A program made the position numbers and the translations under genes. The notes under the pieces are model-generated. The model did no database searches. It was not told where the DNA came from and saw only the letters and a program-made list of their open reading frames with translations. DNA of 53,547 nt, counting the filler, from Catajapyx aquilonaris (Eukaryota): NCBI GenBank assembly GCA_000934665.2. It is 3 parts of 3 records of this genome, joined end to end, with 100 filler letters (N's around TTAATTAATTAA, not from the genome) between each part and the next. Parts side by side here need not be neighbours in the genome. Positions count along the whole stretch, not along the records: positions 1 to 17,741 come from JYFJ02006875.1; positions 17,842 to 35,693 come from JYFJ02006876.1; 1 more part is not named here. One strand, written 5' to 3'. Shown piece after piece: positions 11,701-24,060 of this stretch (its first letter is position 1; the number at the start of each line of letters is the position of its first letter).

Positions 11701-11954
11701 ACTAGCAGCTGTACCCGTTCTTCGCACGGGGAAAAAAGAGCGTGGATAATTACACTGGAATCTTAAATGCAAAACTGCTCATTCCCTTGCATATGTAGGC
11801 ACTGGAAGGGTGTAAAAATTCTGGTTTGTTTGCGTAATAAAGAGCCACGCAACTATGGCTATGTGGTTATCAGAATACAAAAAGGTGGGGCAGATGGAGA
11901 GAGAAACAAATAGGGAAAAGAAGAGAGGAAAGACTGGTATCTCTCTTAGGTATA

Positions 11955-12072
11955 TAGTCTGGTGACCCCGGGTAGCTTGCCCCCTGGGGTAACTTGTTGT
12001 TTACTGCTATCCTTTTACATATGCTGCCATGGTGTTTGCCCGTGGGCAAGCTTACCCGGGGACACCAGACTA
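11955..12072. repeat. Small foldback (about 28-bp arms TAGTCTGGTG.CCCCGGGTA.GCTTGCCC), possible MITE
   Basis: Inverted arms visible; no clear TSD. Confidence 0.6.
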
Positions 12073-12077
12073 GGGGC

Positions 12078-12222
12078 CTTAGTCTGTCTCCTATCCCAAA
12101 GACCTGTCCAACTTGGGCGGCCCTACCAGTAGACGAAACTACCGCCGGCATAGCTCTTCAGGATCATGGGAAAACGAAAACCCACCACCACGGCAAGGTG
12201 GAGATACATTGGGGGGAGGGGA
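12078..12222 (-). mobile_element. RTE-clade non-LTR retrotransposon 5'-leader-like fragment
   Basis: Minus strand CCACCTTGCCGTGGTGGTGGG..ATGATCCTGAAGAGCTATGCCGGCGGTAG..CTACTGGTAGGGCCGCCCAAGTTGGACAGGTC..CAGACTAAG resembles the conserved RTE/Expander 5' UTR (recognised from memory). Confidence 0.6.
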
Positions 12223-12554
12223 CATAAAAAAATTTGGATAAAAAAATTGGGGGAAGTGCAAAATTTGAAACCATTTACAGGCCTGTTTCTATGGTAATCA
12301 CCAACAAAATTCTGTTGCCACAGGCAAACAAATTTTATTTTTTTTGCCTTACATACGTAGATTATCAAAATATGTTATTAATTAATTAATTAATAGCAGC
12401 AAACCCGTGTGTAGTGTCTGGTACATATGTTGAACTTGGTGTCAGTACACATAAGTGATCGAAAGCGGAGGGAAAATTGGACAGTGTTATGCAATAATGG
12501 GTCAACCCACAAAAATGTCAAAATTGAGCCAAGCCCGGGAACATACACCTAAAG

Positions 12555-12771
12555 CAGAGGTTCTTAACCTTTTAGGGCCTCCGCACCCCTTTGTAGACAA
12601 TGTATTGGTCCTTGTTTCGCCTCCTTTACCAGGGGTGATTGATTACGTTCATAGTTAGACCAGTTATTAGCTCTTGGTTAGATTAAGTCCAGAGATGCAC
12701 CTTGCTCGCACCCCCAGGGAAGCCACCTCGCACCCCCTGGAGGTGCGGGCACCCCAGGCCAAGAACTGCTG
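12555..12771. mobile_element. 217-bp hAT (Charlie-like) MITE
   Basis: Ends CAGAGGTTCTT / AAGAACTGCTG; perfect 8-bp TSD ACCTAAAG (12547-12554, 12772-12779). Confidence 0.85.
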
Positions 12772-12994
12772 ACCTAAAGGATCCTACTTAATTCAGTTAA
12801 AATCACGCAGGTGAAATAATCTGCATACGTCTGCCATAAATGACCCAAAAGAACACTGAATTAATATCACATATGTGACCTTCAAAGCCCTTTTTCTCAA
12901 AACTGGTCTCGCGTGGGTTGACGCATTATTGCATAACACCGTCCAATTATCAAAATAATACAGTATACTGTATTATTTGGGATTTGTATTATTG

Positions 12995-13044
12995 TGGAGG
13001 GGTGTAAAACGGGTACCTATAGGTACCCGTTTTACACCCCTCCA
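12995..13044. repeat. Perfect 50-bp palindrome with no spacer
   Basis: TGGAGGGGTGTAAAACGGGTACCTA|TAGGTACCCGTTTTACACCCCTCCA. Confidence 0.95.
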
Positions 13045-13854
13045 TTTTACGCCGTTCTACATTAACGCCGGTTTGAATATGACACCATAAAATATTTAAA
13101 TTGAAAAATTGTGATAACGAGGAAATTATGATAGCTTGCTGCTTATGAAGTGGCCAAGAAAGATTTCCCATGAGGGAAGTACCCGTTATATGCAGCTCCA
13201 TTTTACGCCGTTTCTCATTAACCCCGGTTTTAAAATTACATTTGAAAATTTTGTATCAGATTTTTTTTAAAAAAATATTTGATGATAACACAATCTGAAC
13301 GGCATGAAGGCATCACTTCAACACTTCTGAGACCAAACACACGAACGTATATACCTGCTCTTCTTTCCTCTGTGTTTCCTGGTGCCTTGTGGCAGGTTCT
13401 ATCGATATGCACTGTACAGTACTGTATTGTTCGGTATTGTTGATCTCGGCACTCCCCGAAGTACTCCAACCTTTAATTGTTACAATACGGTACCCTATAC
13501 GTGTACTGCAATTATTATTCTTGCCAACTTGCCCGTTGTTCTGTTGTTTTCATTGTTGAATATGCAATGTTGATTATTGTAGAACATGAGTGAGAGAGGC
13601 AGATCCTTCCTTTGGGCTTGTTGACAGCGACGGTTGCTAGGCAATTGGAAAAGCTGCTGAAAACCGCCCTTAGGCTCAAAAAAGTTCGGGTTTGGGACTT
13701 TTCCCGGGGTCAGTGATATGTAAGACATGGCTGTGCGAAATTTGAGCGCTCTCCGTACCCGGGAAGTGGCTTAATTAGGCGTGACATTCATACATTTATT
13801 AATAATACATATGTACAAATATTGAGCTTTATACAGTATATATAGGGATTAGCT

Positions 13855-14128
13855 AGGGAGGCGTGGTAGTCTAGTGGTTACGCCACTGACTAGCCAAGCG
13901 GGAGGCCGGGGTTCAAATCCCGTCCCCGTCACCTCTGCTTGGCCGGGTCTTTTTCCGCTTTTCACCCGACACGACGGGGCAGCATTGCACTCCCTTAGCT
14001 GCCCGGGGCCAGAGAAAAGGTCTGGTGATCTGAGAGAGTCGTGAGTGACTATAAACCGAGGATGCCCCCCCTTGGGAACCTTCCCCCTCCCCCCTAAACG
14101 AGCCGAATGGCTCGAGCACGGGGTATCA

Positions 14129-14201
<73 letters not shown>
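13855..14201 (+). mobile_element. tRNA-derived SINE, family A, full length with (TA)n tail
   Basis: A box TAGTCTAGTGG, B box GGTTCAAATCC. TSD TATATATAGGGATTAGCT (13837-13854, 14202-14219). Homologues at 27665-27925 (-) and 33452-33630 (+). Confidence 0.85.

Positions 14202-14209
<8 letters not shown>
14133..14209. repeat. (AT)n microsatellite
   Basis: Directly visible. Confidence 0.97.
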
Positions 14210-14212
<3 letters not shown>

Positions 14213-14260
14213 ATTAGCTGCAGTACGTGTCACAGAAACGATCCCAATGATTCCATAATT

Positions 14261-15591
14261 GAACCTCGGAATCGGAAAACAGGTTAAGTGGACTTCAAAA
14301 TGACTTGGCACTTATGCACTTGTTGCTCTGAGCCTCGCTGTACGCCAAACGGAGCGTCGCAGGCGCACCAAACTCGGGTGGTAGGTGCGCCTGGCGAATC
14401 CATGACGATACAATGTGTCAGGAATCCGATACGAGTAACGAGTGACGAATGGGAGCGGTGTCTTTGACCCCCCACCCTCTGGACACCCCCGTAAAGTTAA
14501 CCTGTTTTCCGACTCCCATGCGAATTCGAGGCCACGTTGACCCCTCTGCAGGTCACAGTGATTGTCGCATCTGGGTAAAAAAAATTGGTATTTTTCTTGC
14601 GGCGAATGCGTACCTATCCCCGGTATCACGATACCGATAGCACAAGCGAGTCAAATGCGGCACTGGTTTTTCTTACCCCCATCCCTTTTTTATTTCCGAT
14701 TCCAATGCCTTCTTTTTAGTGTAGATACATTTTAAAACAGATAAAGGAATATGGTCGATAAAAGTAACTGGAAACATCAATATATGTCGTGTGGAACTGC
14801 TTTTTATACCAAAGCCGCATCAGATATCACATAATTGCGTAGGCTACAATGTACAACATATTATGCTGCTGCATGTTGCTAATGGTGTCGCCAACCGGTT
14901 GTGTACAGTACATAGGCGTGCATGTTGTGTACACATACATGCACCAAGTATAATCTACTGCACTATAGGCGACATCCCAGGAGGGGGATCAGATAAACCA
15001 GTGCCGCATTTGACTCGTCTGTGCTGTCGGTTTCGTGACACCAGGGATAGGTTCGAATTCGCCGCTAGAAAAACGCTATTTTGGTTTGGTTCAGGTGCGA
15101 CAATCACTGTGACCAGCAGAGGGGTCAACGTGGCCTCGAACTCGCATTGGAATCGGAAATAAAAAAGGGATGGGGGTAAGAAAAACCAGTGCCGCATTTG
15201 ACTCGTTTGTCCTATCGGTATCGTGATACCGGGGATAGGTACGCATTCGCCGCAAGAAAAATACATTTTTTTTTTACCCAGGTGCGACAATCACTGTGAC
15301 CTGCAGAGGGGTCAACGTGGCCTCGAACTCGCATGGGAGTCGGAAAACAGGTTAACTTTACGGGGGTGTCCAGAGGGTGGGGGGTCGAAGACACCGCTCC
15401 CATTCGTCACTCGTTACTCGTATCGGATTCCTGACACCTTGTATCGTCATGGATTCGCCAGGCGCACCTACCACCCGAGTTTGGTGCGCCTGCGACGCTC
15501 CGTTTGGCGTACAGCGAGGCTCAGAGCAACAAGTGCATAAGTGCCAAGTCATTTTGAAGTCCCCTTAACCTGTTTTCCGATTCCGAGGTTC
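14261..15591. mobile_element. 1.33-kb non-autonomous foldback DNA transposon with about 448-bp TIRs
   Basis: Arms 14261-14708 and 15144-15591 are near-perfect inverses. Flanked by AATT on both sides (possible 4-bp TSD, ambiguous because the site is palindromic). No transposase seen. Confidence 0.85.
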
Positions 15592-16786
15592 AATTATACT
15601 GTACATGTTACTGCAAAAAAAGCTTACGAATAGAAAATGTTGCTGCATCGCGCTGACTTTCAGCTACTTGAAGTGGAATGTACTTATCGGGCATGGGCCT
15701 TTTTTGCTTAGGTGATGGTAGTATGGTAATGTCACAGGTTGCATCCATGACACAGCAGATAGTACAGGGTGATTCTCTCGAAAAGAAACCCAAACATTCA
15801 TCAATAACTTTTTAACTATTGTGACGCCAGGTTCAGCTACCATACATAAGTAATGCGGCGACCAAAACAGACTTGATACTTACGGTACGCCTCGCCCCAG
15901 TCCGGGCCGCCAACCTTTCTTGGTCAGTGAGAGGGAAGCTTATTACGGTTCTACCAATACTGAACACACTCACAAAGTTTTAGCCCTGAAGTATGATAGT
16001 CGATATCTCAATGTCGTTGGTCTGGGCGGAGCAGTTATTCAGCTGGCCCAGCTATGCCACGTACAGACTTGTGTTAGCCTGTGAAGAGAGATAATGGCTT
16101 ACTGCCATAGTGAATATACAACAGGTCAACTTTAAAGAGTCACTGAATAGTGCGTGAGTTGGACCAAGCAAGTCTGGAAGAGAGAGAGAGAGGTCTTTCT
16201 CCTTCGACTGATCCGCTACGGCCAGACAACCCAGTTTTTATATGGAAAGTTCGTTGATTAGCATGTTTACATTAATTTTGGGTTGTCTAGGACAGTGCTT
16301 CCCAAACTTTTTTTTTCGCGTACCCCTTTTCAAATATGTCGAGACAGTTTGTACCCCCACTCCGATCCTTATAGTACCTTATTACCTCTCATAAAGTGGC
16401 ATGCCGGTGTAGATGAGGTCGACCAGTTTTTAGAAATGCATGATCTGGTGGCTATGCCGGCATGCCGGTATAAGGTGAAGTATGCTGGTATATGGCGAGG
16501 TTTTCACATAAGTTTCATTATCCTTTCCGAACTTGACATTTGCCTGAAAATCGAAATTCACGTAAAGGCTATCGAAAAGGCACATTTTCCGAATAGGGTA
16601 CCTGTATCGTATAATTACTTGTATTGTTTTCAATAATATTGCAGTGTCTCGCAATAATCTCTATTTAAGCAGTATGTTGGAGCAGGGGGTTCCCCTGTCA
16701 AAGCAGGCAGACAATGGGATTGGTCACACACACTACATTTTTTATATGCAGAGTGAAACAGAACTTGCACATTCTCACAGCCTGTA

Positions 16787-17741
16787 CACTAGGGCGGCTC
16801 GAAAAACACTTTTTTTCGAAAGTTGTAGTTCGCTAGTGAAAAAAAGTTGCGTTGGGTGATCCTTTTGACAGGTAAAAAATTTGAGTCATGTGGGTTAATA
16901 TCCTACGGTCCCGCCAGGGGCGTTTGTGACGCAACTTACGGGTTTTCGTTGTTTGGTGTGCGAGTACACTTACCCGGCCTAAACATGAAAAGTTGTGGCC
17001 CTTTGGGGGTGAAATGCCGTTATTTTTGCGATATCTTGCACCGTTGACGAGATACTGACCAAAACCCCAGGTTCAAAAATTACACCGTTCTGCAAAAAAA
17101 AAACTCTCTTTCGCTCTTTTGAAAACATTTATGTGCTTTCTATGGATTTTGGGGTGCTGAATCCGAATCCGGCAACAGATTTGCTCTATCACGTACAGTT
17201 CTAGAGATATATCGTTTTAAAACCTTGGACGGTTTACTTGGGGTCTTTCCGAATCAAGTGGGCCTGATGTTGCTAGACCGCCTCGGATCTTGGTGAAAAT
17301 AATCCCAGATGTACTCATATATTCCTTAACGCTTCCTATAAAAATTCAGCCGTATTGCTCAATACTATGATGAGGGGGAAAATCGCAAACATCTGGAAAT
17401 GGCTGAGAATGAGGCCTTTTTTGGAGAAATTTTTTTCGGTTAGTGCAAGTGGTCAAACCCCAATGAACATATATATCAAAAGAAAGGGAAACACCAGGAC
17501 AATGCGCCTATGGAATTAGTATTCCTCTAAAATGTAAAAATAAATTTTTATAGCATTTCATTTGTCACTTGCTCAGTCACATGCCCAAGAATATATTGTG
17601 ACCTCAACATGTTCTGCAGAAAAATCCTATTTTGGATAAAGGTTGATGGACTATATAGATTAAGGTGTAGCTACTGAATCCAGATCTGAAGTCAGAATGG
17701 CTCTATAACGTACATATTTTGAGAAAACTCAAATTTTGGGA
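16787..17741. mobile_element. Probable DNA-transposon fragment truncated by the assembly linker
   Basis: Internal repeat CTGAATCC..ATC....GCTCTAT.ACGTACA at about 17157 and 17674; terminus-like CACTAGGGCGG; no partner end visible. Confidence 0.35.
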
Positions 17742-17841
17742 NNNNNNNNNNNNNNNNNNNNNNNNNNNNNNNNNNNNNNNNNNNNTTAATTAATTAANNN
17801 NNNNNNNNNNNNNNNNNNNNNNNNNNNNNNNNNNNNNNNNN
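17742..17841. other. Artificial assembly linker N44-TTAATTAATTAA-N44
   Basis: Exactly 100 bp; the 12-mer puts stop codons in all six frames. Confidence 0.97.
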
Positions 17842-17899
17842 TGCATGGTTGCACCGTTGGATTAAAAAGTAACTAGTCACAAGTACTGGTGATAATACA

Positions 17900-18180
17900 A
17901 AAATAATCATAATATTGAAAATAACACTGAAAATAATCATAGCCATGAAAATAGTCGGATAAAAATAATCATATAGGAATGAAAATAATTATTCTCATTC
18001 CTATATGATTACCGGTATATATCCCTCTGATTATAATCACAGCAATGAAATCATCAGAGATAAAAATAATCATATAGGAATGAAAATAATCAGAGATGAA
18101 AATAATCATATAGGAATGAAAATAATCCGAGATGAAAATAATCATATAGGAATGAAAATAATCATAGAGATGAAAATAAA
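17900..18180. repeat. AT-rich minisatellite, 36-bp unit GAAAATAATCATATAGGAATGAAAATAATCAGAGAT
   Basis: About three near-perfect units at 18060-18175 with degenerate units upstream. Confidence 0.85.
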
Positions 18181-18720
18181 ACTAATAACAACTTGGGCAT
18201 GAACAATAGCTGTTAAAAATTTCATGTGAAAAGTAGAGTTACTGATATAAACCCAGGTTTTGGGTTTCAGCCTATCAATATTGCTGAACTACAGTGCAGT
18301 TGAAAAAGAGTTCAGGAAAAACTAGCCTTCTAGCATTCTATTTCTCTCTCTGAATAGTGGGGGGGGGGGGGGGANCAGCCAAACTCCCTCCCCCGCCTTC
18401 CCCCCTTCAAAAATCGACCCCCAGGGGTATAAAAGCGGAAATCCCAATTTGGGCTTGGGAATTTTTAACTCCGCAGCTGCACAGGGTTGTAAACCACAAA
18501 TGGAGGTATGGTACGGGGCGGAGCGGGGAGGTTGGACACGGCACGAGGAAAAATCAGAGGAAGGAAAAAGAGTGGTAACCATCTCCAAGAGAAGGGGAGT
18601 AGTTGACACAAGTCTGAAACACTCATATATTGTCGAAAAGTATGGTCATCTCTGTAAAATACAGCGTTTAAAATATTGCCCAGAAAATGTGACGTCATCC
18701 GTTCAAGAAACGACTGATAG

Positions 18721-18906
<186 letters not shown>

Positions 18907-21900
18907 TAACCACTTTGGTTTTGTCCAAACCGTTAGAGGTCTGACCCCTGACCGCGGTCAACAAGCCCATCGGGAGCCTCAAATTGGGGGGGGGGGNNNC
19001 CCACCATAAGCCCCGCAATTGAAGGCACGGGTCGTCCTCTTTGCGGTCAGCGACCTATTGCCCTCGTGGGGGTTTAAAACTGCCGGCATGACAAAGGAAT
19101 GTTCCGGACAAGAAGCGGATGGCAAGCTCTCTTGAGAGGATGGAGTTTTGCCACGATGTGTTTACAGATCCGGGGTGGACCCTCCGGTCCCAGCATAAAC
19201 AAGATGCTTGAGCGGGGGAGGGCACAAAGAGAAGCGCTTCTCAAGATGGCTCAAATGGCAGTCGGCAACCTTTTTGAGACCAGTCATCCAAAAACCTGCT
19301 CTATATACGCTTAAAAAATGTCGTCTGTACGTAATTAACCAGCCTTAAAACTGACAACAATGCGAAAGACGGCCTCTCTGAATACGCTTTAACAGTGGTC
19401 ATTTTCACGTCCTTAGAAGAGCCCTTCGCATCATCGACTCCGGTTTTTTCCGCAGAACCGGGTCGAAGAAAATGAGAAGAGCAGTGATTTGGACGCCAAT
19501 TCATTAGTGGAATAGTCCTTTCAATGACTGTGGTGGAAACTCACGGACAATCGCCTATTGCCGCTTCCAATGCGACGCTTGACCTCGCCGTTGAGCTACG
19601 GTGGCGCTCCCTACTTTTTGAATAAGCTCAAAATCGAATTAAATTTTAACTATATTTTTAAAACTGGTCCCCTTCCTAGGCTTAGCCTATATCAGGATAG
19701 GGTGCGGCATGATCAGACGCCGCCGCCGACACTGAGCAAAATGAACGTAAATGGCGGCGCGGCGTGTTGTAAAAAAGCGCCGCCGCTACTTGCGACGGGC
19801 ACCGTACGCCAGGACTAAGCTTTTAAAGCCAAGCAAATGGTCGGGACTACAAAAGAACCGCCCTAGGCCAATAAACAAATGAAGTGCACACGGGCTAGGA
19901 TTATTTTATGCTGTGGCCAGCTGCTGTCGCTTTTTTTTCCACGCTTCTTCTTCAAGCTTTTTCTTTGCTGGTAGATTTCAGCTCCAATTTTAGACACCGC
20001 CTTAGCAGCCAGGCTTAAAACTTCCTTCCTTCCTGTGTTTTCCTGACTTCAAGAAGGAATGTATTTAAAAGAGGGCGCTGTCGCAAGTGTTGGGGGGCCA
20101 TCATTTCTGCCATCTGTCGGCAGTTAGTCCCACGCGTGGAAATTCTTTCTCCACAACCCCAGGCTCCCGACTGAAAACAAATCCTTGGGGCTTAGCATGG
20201 ACCGAAAAAGGGGCCGAAAATCGTGTCGTGGTCTTTGGTGGTGGTGAGACTGAGACAATGACGAGTTTAGAACCTCATGGCTCGTTAAAAATATTTTTTA
20301 AAACAAAAATAAGATTCATATCGTGAGATGTCCCACATTCTTCATTAATACAGTATTTATTTTTATAATTTTTGGACAATTCTTAGATTTGTTTAAATTT
20401 CTGCTAATTTTATTAATTTTCATTCCTAATTAGAAAGCCACTCACTTCGCTCGCATTTTATTTAGGCCTGCTGCCTGGGTGGAGGTCTTATTGTTAATCG
20501 CAATCAATTATAGCATCATTCTAAAGGCCATACATTTCATGACGGGAGAGACGACATGTGGTGTTAACTTGTCGACAGCCAGCTAGCGACTGAGGAGTTC
20601 ATCCACCCATTGCGCATGCGCTGAACGAGTGCCAATCGACGCTTCGCGGTAACAATAGACGGGGGCCAATCGGAAGCGTGGCAGTAACAATATGCGGCGG
20701 ACCAATCAGAATGCTTATACAAACAACGCAAGGATTTTAATATTATAGATACTGTTACATGCAAAATTTTAATTTGCGTAAAAACGAGATTTGTTGCCTG
20801 ATATGTCCCACAATCTTCATTAATATTTATTCTGTATTATTTTCGGATGATTTATAGATTTTTTTCAATTAATTATCATTTTGCATTTCTGCTACGTTTT
20901 CCAAATACTGTATGTGCAATTAATTTGACGAAAACCCATATTTATTGCCTGAGATGTCCCACAAACTCTCCAAAAATGTGATATTTGGCTACATTTATAT
21001 TTCGGGTCCTAGCCAATGGTGCTTGAATCCCACATTAATTGGCCACTGGCGCTGTACCCATTAACCCCCCTCTCTTCTACAAAATCTTACCCAAGTGGGG
21101 GCCCGCATTACCCTCCAAAACATTCCGGAAATGACTCCATATTCCATGCATCGCACGTCACGATTTGAAGCCAAAACCAAGCGCGTGTCGCCCCCAACCA
21201 GCACTTAAAATGATGGCATTTCTACCCCCCACCATATCCCCCCATGCTGCAGAGATGCAATTCCAGAGCCGACTATAAAACCGGGACGAGACACTAATCC
21301 TAGGGGTTGCCGCCATGGATGAAGCTCTAGCCCTCATCATAGTCCTATTTGTCACCTGTCGTGTCTTAGTTGCAAGCCAAAAAGGTTATTTGGGCCTCCG
21401 AGGTTCTGGTTGTGGTGACTTTGGCAAGCCCCTCCTTTGCTTATTGCGGTAAACAGGACCATCAAGAAGGTGTTTTGGCCAGAAAGGACACATTTGGCCT
21501 GTTGGAAAAACCAAACAGGTGCTGTGCTTGCCGCGAGAAATAGTACGGTTGTAATATGGTGCAACCCATGCTTCGAACGCCAAGGTAAACCCTAGACGTG
21601 CCCAAAACCCGTTGACTCTAAATATGGAATGTCGGATCGATTCAAGGCGACAAAACGCATGAGGATACTGCTGAGTTGGAGGAATTGACATTGAATTAGA
21701 GCCAGGTAATGACGAAACTTGATGAGCCCAATTGATTCGAGTTGGCCATACAAGCTGAATTCGACTCCGAAAACCGTTTGTTGCTATCTTACACGGTTTA
21801 GGGTTTATATGCCCTAATACCTGTCCACGGACGTGACGTTTTTGTAGATTTTTTTTTTACAAAAAATGGAATAAAAATCCTGGTTGATAGTGGGGGTATT

Positions 21901-22817
21901 TGGCGGACAGCAAATCCATGGGGCGCCACCCAAATTGGCCGAGTCTGCCCAGTATGCGTGCGAGTTGGTCGTCAGCAAGCGCCTCTGGAATAGTCTATAA
22001 ACTGCCAATAACCCAACCCTCGCCTTTTCCAGCCCGTTTAAGAAAAGCACTGCCATAATAATCGGAGGGAAATATCGCTGGAACGATTATTGCCATCATC
22101 CAAAACCCTGGGGCTCATTTGGAGAGACCTCCTCAGGAACCGTTATCGTCACGCGAAATGCAAAAATGAATGTTAATAAGTGGTGGGATGTCGTGTGCCA
22201 GGAAGGGCCAAGTGCCTTGCTTTGACTATATGGAGAGAGAGAACCTTCCCCCCCTCTCCCACAGTAGGAGGGAGAGAGAGGAGGGGGGGTCTTTTTGAAG
22301 GAATTTCGAGAAGGAATGTACCCATGCAGATGTTAATCTCATTGGGCCATTTTTCTTGCCTTCACTTGGGATTTCAAAGGATTTCGCCATGATTTTGCCA
22401 AAGCTCCACCAAGAAGTGGAGAATGCTTTTCTTAGCAGTGCCAAGTGGTGAACTATGCCAGCAATTCCAACCTCAAGGTTTTCATCGAGCTGTATCAGAC
22501 AGCAATGCCGTGCATTACATCAAAAGACCACCCCTTCTATATAGCTCCACTTCTGTGGGAACCAAAGGAGAAACCAAACTTCTCGAAGACGCCTTTAGTT
22601 TCGTTGGGTTGCCACCGTGTAGTTTGCTGTGGCCAGTGAGGGCCACCATCATCAAGTTCAGAGTTTCACAACAATGATCAGGACAAGTTGTCTGACCTAT
22701 GGTTTAAACAAGAGTGGACCCAAAGTTGGCAACACGCACATGCTCCGTCTCTGCACACTACTGCCGCTCTCAGGCGGAAAGTAGTACTACATGCACGTTG
22801 GTGCCAACTCAATTCTA

Positions 22818-23088
22818 CAGGGTGTTTATCCTAAGCGGGTCACCAGAAAATGTGGTGGTAGAGGGCGCAGGTGTGAGCATTTTTGCATAAGGAACTAGGG
22901 GTCGGAAACGCACCCTCACCGAGTTACGCCCCTTTCAAGTTTGCGGCAGGCAGTGTGCAAGAGGCGTGCGACACGCGGCGGAGTGACTCGGTGAGGGTGC
23001 GTTTCCGACCCCCAGTTCCTTATGCAAAAATGCTCACACCTGCGCCCTCTACCACCACCTTTTCTGGTGACTTAGGATTAACACCCTA
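22818..23088. mobile_element. 271-bp Tc1/mariner-type MITE in a runt intron
   Basis: About 105-bp inverted arms starting CAGGGTGTTTATCCTAAG, TA on both sides. Confidence 0.85.
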
Positions 23089-23193
23089 TATATCAGATAT
23101 TTAAGTTGAATAAGGAAAAACTTTATTGGTGAAGTGATTGGATATTAGGTAAAACGCCCGGTACTAAGCTAGTAGTATTTCCTGTCTTTGCAG

Positions 23194-23352
23194 GGCATCC
23201 AGGCCCGTTTGGACCCTTCTCCATGATGCAGCAGCCGTGGTTGGACCCGGCATATGTGGCGTACAACTGGGACTACTTTCGGCGACAGGATGCTGCGGCT
23301 CTGGCAGGATCCTTCGGTTACAAGCTGCCCACAATGTGCGGACTCGTCAAAG
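23194..23352 (+). CDS. run: runt, penultimate coding exon (absent from the supplied ORF track)
   Basis: CTTTGCAG|GG..AAAG|GTACTG, phase 1/1, in frame with both neighbours. (R)HPGPFGPFSMMQQPWLDPAYVAYNWDYFRRQDAAAL.. resembles the post-domain block of Drosophila Runt (HPGAFNPF..WLDAAY..DYFR, from memory). Confidence 0.9.
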
Positions 23353-23467
23353 GTACTGTACACACTCTTTGTGCTCATTGGGCCCTAAAGGTTCATTAAC
23401 ACTGTATATTTGCCCCCAAAAAACGAATTTGAAATATTTAAAGATCGGTCGTACTCTTTGTTACCAG

Positions 23468-24060
23468 GTCCGAGCCCGATCCTGAGCAACCCGGACGGTC
23501 GACGTTCGGATATGTTCCTTGGACATCAGTCTCCGACCAGCCTGTCCAGCTGCCTTCCTCCATCTCCGCCAGGGTCCGTCCCACTAATTCCTGGTCCATC
23601 GATGACCCTTCCTCCACCTGTGTCCACCAGTGGCTCCAACAGCAACTCTCCAGCAGAGGTGTCCAATTGCTTCGAAATCAAGACCAGTCCACACCAGGGT
23701 CTGGGTCCTCTCTACGCCTTCCCGGATCCAACCGGATTTGGGTCTGTTCCCGGGATTCTTCCTCACCATCACCATCACCATCAGGTCCGGAACAGTGTCG
23801 GCAAAGCTCCTTCGCCTCGGTGTAAAAGCCCTGGAAGCCCAGTGTTTCACAAGCAACAATCGGAAGAGAGCCAAGTGAGATCGGCCTTCCAGCAGGTGCG
23901 ACCTTCGGTGTCCGGGACGTCCTTTCATGTGTCGCTAAGACGGTCTCCGGACAGGCATCCGGGACTGACCACCACCGCGTCCTCCGTGTCTTCCTGCTCG
24001 CCTGCCACTAGTTCATCGGGGTCGTCCTTACAGCAAAAGACTGTCTGGAGGCCGTATTAA
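23468..24060 (+). CDS. run: runt, terminal coding exon (Pro/Ser-rich, His run, VWRPY Groucho/TLE-binding motif)
   Basis: TTACCAG|GT acceptor, phase 1; ends QQKTVWRPY-stop as in Drosophila Runt. Confidence 0.95.

Larger units (their letters stand above)
11702..12361 (-). mobile_element. Non-autonomous Helitron (about 660 bp)
   Basis: Minus strand: A|TCTACGTATGTAAGG..AAATTTGTTTG 5' end; 3' hairpin CCCGTGCGAAGAACGGG, 8 nt, then CTAG|T; no TSD. Confidence 0.7.

Noticed and set aside
13856..13930. tRNA gene (also the heads at about 27850-27925 and 28175-28248)
   Set aside because: A and B boxes are present, but each continues into a shared SINE body and tail, one with a TSD; these are SINE heads.
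14284..15568. Identical-looking ORF pairs on opposite strands (14312-14629 / 15223-15540 and others)
   Set aside because: They simply mirror the 448-bp inverted arms and have no protein-like features.
16293..16330. hAT-Charlie-like left end CAGTGCTTCCCAAACTTTTT (also a pogo-like CAGTGAAACCT near 33680)
   Set aside because: No matching opposite end or TSD found, so an element cannot be delimited.
17786..17797. TTAATTAATTAA as a homeodomain site or piggyBac target
   Set aside because: Centred in exactly N44/N44 twice; synthetic spacer.
23410..23467. N-terminal part of the 216-aa ORF as a stand-alone gene start
   Set aside because: It lies in the 115-bp intron and starts at TTG; coding sequence begins at the acceptor at 23468.
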